Origin: a virus | Lineage: Duplodnaviria > Caudoviricetes | DNA: 64,000 nucleotides | Direction: 5' to 3' (one strand) | Virus record (IMG/VR): IMGVR_UViG_3300005719_000012 | Coordinates: 3,695-67,694 of that record | Part shown: positions 26,935 through 34,462 of the stretch, piece by piece | Layout: every line of letters begins with the position of its first letter | Position numbering within the stretch: position 1 is the first letter of the stretch | Notes under the pieces: generated by a model | The model's input: the letters and a program-made list of their open reading frames with translations, nothing else | What the model was told of the DNA's origin: nothing | The model's database searches: none | Position numbers and translations under genes: made by a program

Positions 26935-27783
26935 CTAAGGATTACACCACCCAATCTCTCGGCCGAAGAACACGCACTCAACGCGATCCTCGGTCGCAAG
27001 GCAAGTCTTGCAGACGTCCTCTCCGAACCCGAACTGTTGGTCACAGGCCCGCGGCGTGTAGCACCCCTCACTGCACTTGGGGACCTGCGGATCGACAAAC
27101 TTGCAGAAGTAGGAAGGATCGACGGGATCATCTTTAGGGCCGGTTCCGGAAGTGACAATGGCACTCTTAGGAGCCAGGTTACAGAAGCCTGCAAAAGGGG
27201 CGCAGGAGTGAACCGATCCGCTATCGGCGAGGGAGGCCAGACAGTCCTTGCACTCTTTGACCGTAAGCCCTGTTGCTTCTGCGCACTTGGTCTCGGTGAG
27301 GCAGGAGGCGCTTACACAGTCCGGCACGAGCGCAAAAACATCGCCGCAGGTTAGAGACGCCGGCGGGGACGGTTCATAGTCCTTAGGCGTTGCGTCTTCT
27401 ACCGAGCACGGACCCACGTGCACCAGCTCGATTTGCCTGACTGTCGGGATGGTCCGCGAACCGTCTGCGGTGCATTCCTCTACCTGATAACGGATGCAGT
27501 GCGAAACCGGAGCACTGTCCCTGCAATCGTACGCCGAGCTTGAAGACGTATCACACCGCAACAGCTCGCACCCGAACGCCGAGCCAAGGCAGTCGCCGAT
27601 GTTGTTCCCGTCTCCGGGCTTCATCGCCATGAGGTGCATGTCCGCGGCGGGATAAACCCAAGCTAGCGACCCGGTATGCCACTCTGTGCTGCACGTCGTG
27701 ACACCTGCAAACCCCGGAGCTGCTGCAATCATCGCCACGACCGCCACTACAGCAACCAACACGAACACACTCTTTCTACACAT
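26935..27783 (-). CDS. Secreted Cys-rich protein (24 Cys in mature part)
   Basis: SD aagggga 7 nt before ATG 27783; signal peptide MCRKSVFVLVAVVAVVAMIAAAPGFA|G; internal repeat C..C.T...C....G....CKxCLA occurs twice. Confidence 0.8.
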   Translation of the reverse strand: MCRKSVFVLVAVVAVVAMIAAAPGFAGVTTCSTEWHTGSLAWVYPAADMHLMAMKPGDGNNIGDCLGSAFGCELLRCDTSSSSAYDCRDSAPVSHCIRYQVEECTADGSRTIPTVRQIELVHVGPCSVEDATPKDYEPSPPASLTCGDVFALVPDCVSASCLTETKCAEATGLTVKECKDCLASLADSGSVHSCAPFAGFCNLAPKSAIVTSGTGPKDDPVDPSYFCKFVDPQVPKCSEGCYTPRACDQQFGFGEDVCKTCLATEDRVECVFFGREIGWCNP

Positions 27784-27803
27784 GGACAACTCCCCTTTGA
27801 AAC

Positions 27804-27831
27804 AGGCGGCTCTCGAAATTGAAAGCCGCCT
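27804..27831 (-). terminator. Intergenic hairpin (attenuator or weak terminator)
   Basis: AGGCGGCT/AGCCGCCT 8-bp stem with a 12-nt loop and only a short T tract. Confidence 0.45.
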
Positions 27832-27885
27832 TCACAGCAATAAGACACGATCTTGTCGAGATTGTTTAGTTGAGAGCCCTGCCGC

Positions 27886-28104
27886 TTACCTGGCAGCGCT
27901 CGTGCCTACAGTCCAGGTCTGGCAGGTGACTTCAGCCGTGGGCTCAGGGCCGGTGCATCCGGTGTAAGCCTGGCAAGTCCAAGCTTCGGTGCACATCATG
28001 TTCCCAGAGGTTCCTTCGCCGCGCACCTGAGTCATTTCCGCGTTGTTGAGGCGGATAATCGTTTCCTTTGCTAGCACTAACTTCACCAGCTTCGACCTTT
28101 TCAT
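27886..28104 (-). CDS. RiPP (lanthipeptide-like) precursor peptide 2
   Basis: SD aagggga; leader MKRSKLVKLVLAKETIIRLNNAEMTQVRG(E); core GTSGNMMCTEAWTCQAYTGCTGPEPTAEVTCQTWTVGTSAAR has 4 Cys and is Thr-rich. Confidence 0.75.
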   Translation of the reverse strand: MKRSKLVKLVLAKETIIRLNNAEMTQVRGEGTSGNMMCTEAWTCQAYTGCTGPEPTAEVTCQTWTVGTSAAR

Positions 28105-28218
28105 GGCTATCCCCTTGCGTGCATCATTCCGGCCTTGTTGGACATGTGAGGATCGTGCAACATGCTGTACCTTGGGTGTCCACCGGGACTTGCGTATCCT
28201 TTTATCTTTTATCGTGGA

Positions 28219-28575
28219 CTACCTGTGCACGCCTGCGCAAATCACGCCGTTGGACCGACCCAAGAGAGCGCCGGCAAGGCCGACGGAAGCGAAAAGCCCG
28301 CCAGATGTGCTTTGCCGCCCGAACGCACCATAGTTCTGGTACTCGGGCCCGCAGATTTCGCCCCGGGTGTATTCATGGTCGCCCACCTGCTGGCAGGCAT
28401 AACAGTTGTTCATACAACCGCAAGACCCCGGTTGAAAGGGGCCCCACTGCGCGCAATCGTCCCAGCAGTAATCAAAGCACGAACAAAAACTTTGCCCGCA
28501 TGACGCACTGACAGGAATGGCGCTAAAAACAAGAAAAACCACAAAAACCACGAGTGCGCTTGTAAGCTGTCTCAT
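28219..28575 (-). CDS. Secreted Cys-rich small protein (11 Cys)
   Basis: SD aaggga; signal peptide MRQLTSALVVFVVFLVFSAIPVSA|S; CGQSFCSCFDYCWDDC...CGCMNNCYAC. Confidence 0.75.
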   Translation of the reverse strand: MRQLTSALVVFVVFLVFSAIPVSASCGQSFCSCFDYCWDDCAQWGPFQPGSCGCMNNCYACQQVGDHEYTRGEICGPEYQNYGAFGRQSTSGGLFASVGLAGALLGRSNGVICAGVHR

Positions 28576-28666
28576 TTGTCTGTTCCCTTTCTTTGAAAAA
28601 GTAACGGGCCGAGCCGATACTCGCGCCCCGAGTCGAGAGCGACATCAGCCACACGCTGACGTCCCC

Positions 28667-28888
28667 TCAGTAGATTGGAGGTTGACAAGTCACCTCATAA
28701 CTTGGCTCACAATAGCACGTATAATAACACGTCTGGCACGTGTCAACGTAAACGCAAACAGTGCCATTGCTATTGCCGGCAGGCTCGGAATAATGGCCCG
28801 TATAGCCGCCACGAATCAGAGAATTGGACAGATTCGTGAGAGTCTCTCTAGACAAAGATAACCTGTGAGCCGCTATTTTCTTTTTCAT
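28667..28888 (-). CDS. RiPP (lanthipeptide-like) precursor peptide 1, 73 aa
   Basis: SD aaggaag; leader MKKKIAAHRLSLSRETLTNLSNSLIRGG; core YTGHYSEPAGNSNGTVCVYVDTCQTCYYTCYCEPSYEVTCQPPIY has 6 Cys and 9 Ser/Thr. Confidence 0.8.
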   Translation of the reverse strand: MKKKIAAHRLSLSRETLTNLSNSLIRGGYTGHYSEPAGNSNGTVCVYVDTCQTCYYTCYCEPSYEVTCQPPIY

Positions 28889-28937
28889 TTTCTTCCTTTC
28901 TTCTTCTGGATTATCCAAGAATGGTGGTGGTCTGCGG

Positions 28938-29495
28938 TTATTGACCAAGCAGCTCATCTCGCAACATTGCCCGTACCTTCTCCATAAGCTCTTTACAGCG
29001 CAGCAATCCCTCACGCTCGACAACCATCCATTGAATCACCCGCGTTGCTGCCCGGTCAATTGCTTCATCATACGCCTTGCTGAGGTCGTTGTCAAGTGCT
29101 ATATCCTCGTACGATCGCATCTCTGGGCTTGGCTCTGGCCCGTCGATGAGATTGCGACACTCGATCATACGAGCAAAGGAAGAGACTTCCGTAGGGAACA
29201 GGGCTATCGCTTCGAGTACGACATTGCCGCTAGAATCTAAAACGTTATACGATTGCAGAACATCATCGGTATGAGAGGAGGATTGCGGCTCTAGCCGCCA
29301 AGTCGTTATTTCCGACACCTTGCACTTCTCGCACGACCGCAAGTCAACAAACGGTCGGCCGCACTCGCTGCATACGTCATCGTCTTCAAGGTACGCGGGA
29401 ACAATCAGCGGCGGATGCCACGCGCCGAAGTCGAAAGTTTGATCGTACATTGCGGCGTTCATGAGTCTGTCCGTGCCAGTCGTCTCTGTGCTCAT
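28938..29495 (-). CDS. Hypothetical protein with CxxC...CxxC zinc ribbon
   Basis: CSECGRPFVDLRSCEKC; ggag SD. Confidence 0.6.
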   Translation of the reverse strand: MSTETTGTDRLMNAAMYDQTFDFGAWHPPLIVPAYLEDDDVCSECGRPFVDLRSCEKCKVSEITTWRLEPQSSSHTDDVLQSYNVLDSSGNVVLEAIALFPTEVSSFARMIECRNLIDGPEPSPEMRSYEDIALDNDLSKAYDEAIDRAATRVIQWMVVEREGLLRCKELMEKVRAMLRDELLGQ

Positions 29496-29500
29496 TTCTT

Positions 29501-29764
29501 TTAGCTCCGCTGATTGTAGAATCCATCATAGAGATCTTCGAGCTTATGTATCCTGTCCTCTAGTTTCGACTGATAGGATGGAGTGTGTTTACGCGGTTCT
29601 CTTTCACAATCGCGACAAGCACTACGTAGCCCGTCTGACTTTCTTCTGTCTGAGCTAAAACACAACACATGCAACTCGTGCTGGCATCGTGTGCAGATTT
29701 TCGTGCCCGTCGTCGCCGGCTCGTGAGTACCTTTCTTGGGCCGTGCCATATCCATCCTACTCAC
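29501..29764 (-). CDS. Stand-alone zinc-finger DNA-binding protein
   Basis: KICTRC....CFSSDRRKSDGLRSACRDC, the finger usually found N-terminal in HNH/EndoVII homing nucleases. No nuclease domain follows. Confidence 0.6.
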   Translation of the reverse strand: MSRMDMARPKKGTHEPATTGTKICTRCQHELHVLCFSSDRRKSDGLRSACRDCEREPRKHTPSYQSKLEDRIHKLEDLYDGFYNQRS

Positions 29765-30005
29765 CGCACTCCTCGGTGCCCTCCCCCAGTCCCATCAAAA
29801 CATCCCACGCCCGCGCACGGTCGCCTATCAAGCTCGCGAGTTCCTTGCGAGGATCACGAAACTTCTTCAGGTGATCGTAATAGATCTCAGGCTTTCCGCC
29901 GTGCGTGGTCGTAACCAGTGCCGCATACGAGGCTGCAAGAGCGTCTTCGGAAGCGCGAGAAACACCTACACGCTTCAGTGATTTAGTGGCTTGCTCAAAG
30001 TCCAT
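29757..30005 (-). CDS. Hypothetical protein
   Basis: Starts MDFEQATKSL; overlapping operon arrangement. Confidence 0.5.
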   Translation of the reverse strand: MDFEQATKSLKRVGVSRASEDALAASYAALVTTTHGGKPEIYYDHLKKFRDPRKELASLIGDRARAWDVLMGLGEGTEECGE

Positions 30006-30225
30006 ATCGACGCTCCTCTGTCTGCTGCTGGTGCTCGATGTCGTCACCGCGATGTTCGGCACGTCCGTACACGGTCTCATAGTAATCATCTTCGTCTATG
30101 GCTACTTGCGTAGATCGTCTTATTGCGATTTCCGCCGCGATCTCGTCATTCGTCCACAGCGCGATTAACGACTTCTGGGTCTCGGTTGTAGACATGTACC
30201 TGCTAGTCTGGTCCTTGGTGCTCAT
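29995..30225 (-). CDS. Hypothetical protein
   Basis: ATGA overlap; SD gagggg. Confidence 0.5.
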   Translation of the reverse strand: MSTKDQTSRYMSTTETQKSLIALWTNDEIAAEIAIRRSTQVAIDEDDYYETVYGRAEHRGDDIEHQQQTEERRYGL

Positions 30226-30527
30226 CGCTTTGTCCCCCTCTTTGGTGTAAGCGCCGCAACAAAATCCCGCATTGTCTTGTTACGCTCGATCGGATCATTT
30301 GCCAGCTCGCGGCCCGTCTTGTGCCAGCCTTCTGGTGCTGGCGTATCGACATGCGCGCAGCGGACACCCCACTTCGCGCCCGTCTGATTGCGAAAGGTCT
30401 CAAGATCCGGGAACCATCCAAGAACGAGACTCCCGCGAACGCCAAGGCTCGAATACAGATATAGCTTGCGTGCCTTGCCGTCGTAGATCTGCGGCTCGGA
30501 GGGCGCATCAATGATCTTGGCGCTCAT
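30222..30527 (-). CDS. Hypothetical protein
   Basis: Starts MSAKIIDAPSEP after SD gagggag. Confidence 0.5.
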   Translation of the reverse strand: MSAKIIDAPSEPQIYDGKARKLYLYSSLGVRGSLVLGWFPDLETFRNQTGAKWGVRCAHVDTPAPEGWHKTGRELANDPIERNKTMRDFVAALTPKRGTKR

Positions 30528-30664
30528 CGACTCTCCCTCGCGATCACCGCCGTTACGATCCGTCCATTCGCGAGCTGATACTCCATCCACGACGCACCCC
30601 GACAAAGCTCCCAGGCAACCGAGACCGTGCGGCCGTCAGGAAGAGGAGGGCTAGGTATTGTCAT
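30524..30664 (-). CDS. 46-aa hypothetical protein (MTIPSPPLPDGRTVSVAWELC...)
   Basis: SD aggagg; abuts both neighbours. Confidence 0.45.
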   Translation of the reverse strand: MTIPSPPLPDGRTVSVAWELCRGASWMEYQLANGRIVTAVIARESR

Positions 30665-30665
30665 C

Positions 30666-31226
30666 TTAGACCTCCTTGCAATCGTGATCATCGGAAGGGC
30701 CGGACAGCGGGACGCCGCAGCCGCGGCAGATCCAGCCAGCAGGCGCACTGTTGTCAAGAGGCTCAAGCTCCGGGACTATAATGGCATCTGGGTCGTCGTC
30801 AATAACTGACGTAGAGACGGCAATCGTCTGTGACATATACCACGGCGACGACCCGCATACGTAAACGACCCATCGCGATCCGCCGGCCCAGAACCAGTTG
30901 CGGATGATGCGCCCTGACCGCGTAATGTTATGCACAGCCAGCTCTATCCGACGATCGCCGTCGTAGCACTCCCATCCGCCGCAGCGAGATCGTGCGATCA
31001 CCCATCCATCCGGCAGGTCGAGACACAGCGGCACTCGGGTCTCAGTGTAGGCGTTGGTCTCGGGAGTCCCAAGCGCAGGGCCGAGGAGCAGGGCGTCTAC
31101 GCGCATAAGGTCGCGGGAGATGGACAGCTCAGCGTTGGCAGTCAGCTCGGGCTGGATCTGACTTGACATGGCGCTCTCCTTTTTTGGTTTCTCGGCCGCG
31201 TCATCGCGGTCGATCTCGGTTGCCAT
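30666..31226 (-). CDS. Hypothetical protein, first gene of the leftward operon
   Basis: 186 aa; C-terminal CxxC; internal second start with SD aaggag. Confidence 0.55.
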   Translation of the reverse strand: MATEIDRDDAAEKPKKESAMSSQIQPELTANAELSISRDLMRVDALLLGPALGTPETNAYTETRVPLCLDLPDGWVIARSRCGGWECYDGDRRIELAVHNITRSGRIIRNWFWAGGSRWVVYVCGSSPWYMSQTIAVSTSVIDDDPDAIIVPELEPLDNSAPAGWICRGCGVPLSGPSDDHDCKEV

Positions 31227-31232
31227 GTACGT

Positions 31233-31262
31233 ACACTAAGCTCACGCCCTATCCGTCGTCAA
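31233..31262 (-). promoter_or_regulatory. Leftward promoter, leaderless start
   Basis: TTGACG-18-TAGTGT; ATG 31226 is 6 nt after the -10. Confidence 0.6.
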
Positions 31263-31506
31263 TGTGCCCGGTGCTCAAACTTTGCGCAGTCATGACGTAA
31301 CTCTCTAATCCATAAGGCCGAACGCGCGCAACACGATCTTATCTGCGATGCGCGAGAGGGGCAGAATCAAGCTCCCATCCGGACTTGGCACAAGAGAGAC
31401 GAATCCCGCGCGCGAGAGAGAGGGAGGGAGGTGTGCGAGTCTGGCAACGGTCGCGGGCAGGGGCATCATGCAAGGAAGTCTAGCATGAGCAGGAGCACCC
31501 GAAACC

Positions 31507-31597
31507 GTCCTCGAAAGAGGACAAGATGTAAAAGTTGTAAAATCTTTGATCGGGGCGCGAAAAGGGGCTTGACAGGTACGGACCGGTCCGGTAGAGT
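31507..31597 (+). promoter_or_regulatory. Tripartite promoter copy 1
   Basis: GTCCTC-gaaa-GAGGAC, AGTTGTAAAATCTTTG, TTGACA-17-TAGAGT; palindrome CGGACCGGTCCG in the spacer; ATG 31605 is 7 nt after the -10. Confidence 0.8.
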
Positions 31598-31604
31598 GCG
31601 GTCC

Positions 31605-31811
31605 ATGAGAAACAACACGTGGAACGGTCCTCAAGCCCATCTCTCCTCTACCACTACCGGTGGCGGCAAAGCGAGCTGCGGGAACAAGAGAGCACATTTG
31701 ACTCTCCCAGAGGAGCGCTTTGGGTTAGAAGATGTAGAGTGGCAGTGCCAGAAATGCCGAGCGATCTACATGCGGTCGATCGCCCGTCGACCCCGTAACG
31801 AAGGAGAATGA
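31605..31811 (+). CDS. Hypothetical protein (leaderless), C-terminal CxxC
   Basis: Starts MRNNTWNGPQ directly after the promoter. Confidence 0.55.
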   Translation: MRNNTWNGPQAHLSSTTTGGGKASCGNKRAHLTLPEERFGLEDVEWQCQKCRAIYMRSIARRPRNEGE

Positions 31812-32185
31812 AAGTGAAAATCAAGCTTAACGAAGTCGAAAAGCAAATCATCCTGAGGCATGAACCGTCCGTCCGCGCACGCGCTCTCCTGGAGCTGGAA
31901 ATCGTCTGCGCGCTGATCCGCAGAGCAAATGATTGCGGTTTTTATCTCGGCATCCACGCGCTCTCAAATAGGGTACGAAGCGATAACGAGCTTAAGAAGG
32001 AGCTTTTTGATCTTGACGAAGCGACCGTCGAGGTCTATGCCGACGAGCCTGCAAGCCCACAACCGCATGGATGGATCAGGCTCGTCTTCGGCAACAATGG
32101 ATACGGCTTGATATCGGACTACTCAACGAACCTCGAAACGTTTCTCGCACCGGTCAAGGAAGTCGCCGAATTCTGGGGAGGTTAG
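31808..32185 (+). CDS. Hypothetical protein
   Basis: ATGA overlap and SD aaggag; WIRLVFGN.G..LISDYS motif. Confidence 0.6.
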   Translation: MKVKIKLNEVEKQIILRHEPSVRARALLELEIVCALIRRANDCGFYLGIHALSNRVRSDNELKKELFDLDEATVEVYADEPASPQPHGWIRLVFGNNGYGLISDYSTNLETFLAPVKEVAEFWGG

Positions 32186-32191
32186 ACGAAA

Positions 32192-32353
32192 ATGAAAACT
32201 CAAGGCCCTGTCCGTCGCGGCAAGCTTCGCAAGCATCCTCAAGGATATGCGCTGAACGTGTTTCTTGGTGACGATACACTGCTCGCGACCGTGTACGGTG
32301 GTTCGCCTGCCGAGACGGGACAGACAGGTGTTCAAGACGGAAAGGAGAGATAG
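32192..32353 (+). CDS. 53-aa hypothetical protein (MKTQGPVRRGKLRKHPQGYALNVF...)
   Basis: SD ggagg; fills the gap. Confidence 0.5.
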   Translation: MKTQGPVRRGKLRKHPQGYALNVFLGDDTLLATVYGGSPAETGQTGVQDGKER

Positions 32354-32357
32354 CTAA

Positions 32358-33056
32358 ATGCTTTCAATGATAAGTAGGGCTAATCTGTCGATCTCGCCAA
32401 AAATTTACGCAGAGGCTGATTTGTCGGTCCCGTGCCTGGGAGCCTACAACTGTACTCCTCCCGGCGATCAATATATCCTCAGAATGCCGATCAAGACTCC
32501 GGACACGCCTTTAACGATCCCGGACGAGCTTTCTTGGATTCGGCCGGCAATCGAACGCTGTATCGACTATCAAAAGATCGCCTTTGACGTGCATCCGTAC
32601 ATCTACGCGACGAGCCGCTGCGGCATCGTTCGCAGTGTCACCGACGATGAATGGCACGTGGACGGATTCTCGGTTCGGATTCCGCACGTGCCAGAGCAAG
32701 ATTATTTTTGGTGTGACTCGTATCCGACTGAAGTTTTGCGCCAGCGGTTTGATTTTCCGGAAGACTTCTGCGGGCTGACACACAATATCAACGATTATTT
32801 TCAGGATCACGCCGACGAGAGCAAGCGCGAATCACTACACCCCGGCATGATCTATTGCCTTGATCCGTATGTAGTGCATCGTCGCCCTACCGTCCCAGAA
32901 GACACTAGACGTGCGTTTTTTCGTATCACGTTTGTGCCGATCCCGATTCGAGTAGATTCAAATAGCACACCGAATCCACTTTTGTCGTTGCCTCGATTCG
33001 GAGACGAAGATATAAGAACAACCCTGCGGCGTTATCCCTCGAAAAGGGAGGCGTAA
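32358..33056 (+). CDS. Putative Fe(II)/2-oxoglutarate dioxygenase-fold protein
   Basis: WHVDGF (HxD), distal YVVHRR, and an Arg about 10 residues later (TRRAFFR): facial-triad spacing. Confidence 0.6.
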   Translation: MLSMISRANLSISPKIYAEADLSVPCLGAYNCTPPGDQYILRMPIKTPDTPLTIPDELSWIRPAIERCIDYQKIAFDVHPYIYATSRCGIVRSVTDDEWHVDGFSVRIPHVPEQDYFWCDSYPTEVLRQRFDFPEDFCGLTHNINDYFQDHADESKRESLHPGMIYCLDPYVVHRRPTVPEDTRRAFFRITFVPIPIRVDSNSTPNPLLSLPRFGDEDIRTTLRRYPSKREA

Positions 33057-33248
33057 ATGTCGCAACAATATTCGCGGGTGGAGCTAAAAGTCCCCGACGA
33101 TCTCCTAGACGAGATCGACCGCTCAGCCTCACGTGCGGGCTTGTCTCGCGCGGCGTGGATCAAGGAAGCATGCAGGCTATACGTTCGTCTGCTCGTGCAT
33201 CCCTCGTTTCTGAGATACGTCGAGCAAGAGCTGAAGAGGAGCGAATAG
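33057..33248 (+). CDS. Ribbon-helix-helix (CopG-like) regulator
   Basis: RVELKVPDDLLDEIDRSASRAGLSRAAWIKEAC. Confidence 0.85.
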   Translation: MSQQYSRVELKVPDDLLDEIDRSASRAGLSRAAWIKEACRLYVRLLVHPSFLRYVEQELKRSE

Positions 33249-33269
33249 ACTAATAAAGGAGAAGCAAAA

Positions 33270-33509
33270 ATGAGCGAATCAATTACAGCAGCCGGCCCGT
33301 GGACGTTGCATCTCGGCATTCATTGTGGGACTTGTCTTTCCCGCGATGCCGAACGACCCAAACAATTTCCGAGCCTAAACGCGTGTCGCACAGAGGCAGA
33401 AAGCGCCGCGCGAACCTATCGCGGGCTCGGCTGCAAGATCTGGTTCGGCTACGCTACAGGACCTGCGGGCGAGCATGTTTCGCTGCTTCGCGGAGAGCCA
33501 TATGAGTAG
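33270..33509 (+). CDS. Hypothetical protein
   Basis: SD aaggag; HCGTC motif. Confidence 0.55.
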   Translation: MSESITAAGPWTLHLGIHCGTCLSRDAERPKQFPSLNACRTEAESAARTYRGLGCKIWFGYATGPAGEHVSLLRGEPYE

Positions 33510-33972
33510 CGAAGAGGAGGTGTCAACGCCCGAAGTCTCTCCCCCTCCTTGCGTTTACGACGACGGAGGACGTAAAGCCGCGGGGTATAAAGGCACCGCC
33601 GGCGACTGCTTTTGCCGGGCGCTCGCGATCGTGACCGAGCGGCCGTATCAGGAAGTCTACGAAATTATCAACCGCGAGGCCGTCAAAGAACGCAGCAGCA
33701 GTAGGAAGCAGGGCAGGAGTAGTGCGCGAGGTGGAGTGCGCGCGGGAACCGCACGACGTGTGGCGCGATTGCTCGGGTTGCGTTGGGTGCCGATGATGAG
33801 AATCGGAACCGGCTGCAAGGTACACGTGCGTGAGGGCGAGATCCCGCAAAAAGGACGCCAAGTGCTGAACTTGTCAAGACACTTTACAGCGGCCGTGGAC
33901 GGCGTTATCCACGATACTCATGATCCGTCGCGGGACGGATATAGATGCGTGTACGGATGGTGGGAGGCATGA
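33502..33972 (+). CDS. Conserved phage protein, possible papain-like Cys-His-Asp fold
   Basis: GDCFCRALAIVTERPY...HFTAAVDGVIHDTHD. Confidence 0.55.
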   Translation: MSSEEEVSTPEVSPPPCVYDDGGRKAAGYKGTAGDCFCRALAIVTERPYQEVYEIINREAVKERSSSRKQGRSSARGGVRAGTARRVARLLGLRWVPMMRIGTGCKVHVREGEIPQKGRQVLNLSRHFTAAVDGVIHDTHDPSRDGYRCVYGWWEA

Positions 33973-34190
33973 CCGGGAAAACAATCATACGTTCTCAAGT
34001 CTTCGCAGTCATCTCGCTAGGCGGACTATTCGATTGGACGAGCGGCCCGAACGAGGAAGACATTCGATTGAGATCCGAGAGCGAGGGTTTTGATATCCTC
34101 GAATGGTGCGAGACTGAAGAGGCATGCGCGCGATCGATCAATGCACGACTGGCGGAATGGTTCAAGGAGAGGCGAGGAGGAGCCTCGTAG
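33969..34190 (+). CDS. Hypothetical protein
   Basis: ATGA overlap; SD ggagg. Confidence 0.5.
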   Translation: MTGKTIIRSQVFAVISLGGLFDWTSGPNEEDIRLRSESEGFDILEWCETEEACARSINARLAEWFKERRGGAS

Positions 34191-34229
34191 CATCGCCGCG
34201 CGGCTCCTTATAAAGTGCTACTTACTCTT

Positions 34230-34415
34230 CTATTTTTCCGGCTTTGTGGATTCCGTTTGACTTCCCGGTGCGATATCTGACACGGGGCGCGTCTCAGTCG
34301 CGGTGCTGTGCGGCACAGTGCCCGACTTGCCGGTCTTGGATGCAACGGAATCCTCAGTGTTGCCGGGCGTGTTCGTGCTGGTGTTCGAGGGACGAGACTC
34401 TCTGGAATCACTCAT
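34230..34415 (-). CDS. 61-aa Ser/Thr-rich low-complexity peptide
   Basis: SD aagggag 9 nt upstream; MSDSRESRPSNTSTNTPGNTEDS... Confidence 0.5.
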   Translation of the reverse strand: MSDSRESRPSNTSTNTPGNTEDSVASKTGKSGTVPHSTATETRPVSDIAPGSQTESTKPEK

Positions 34416-34462
34416 TTTTCGTTCTCCCTTTTCCGATTACAAAACATAAAGTACTTGCCGGC

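Noticed and set aside
29501-29764. Homing endonuclease
   Set aside because: Only the N-terminal zinc finger is present; there is no HNH or EndoVII catalytic motif.
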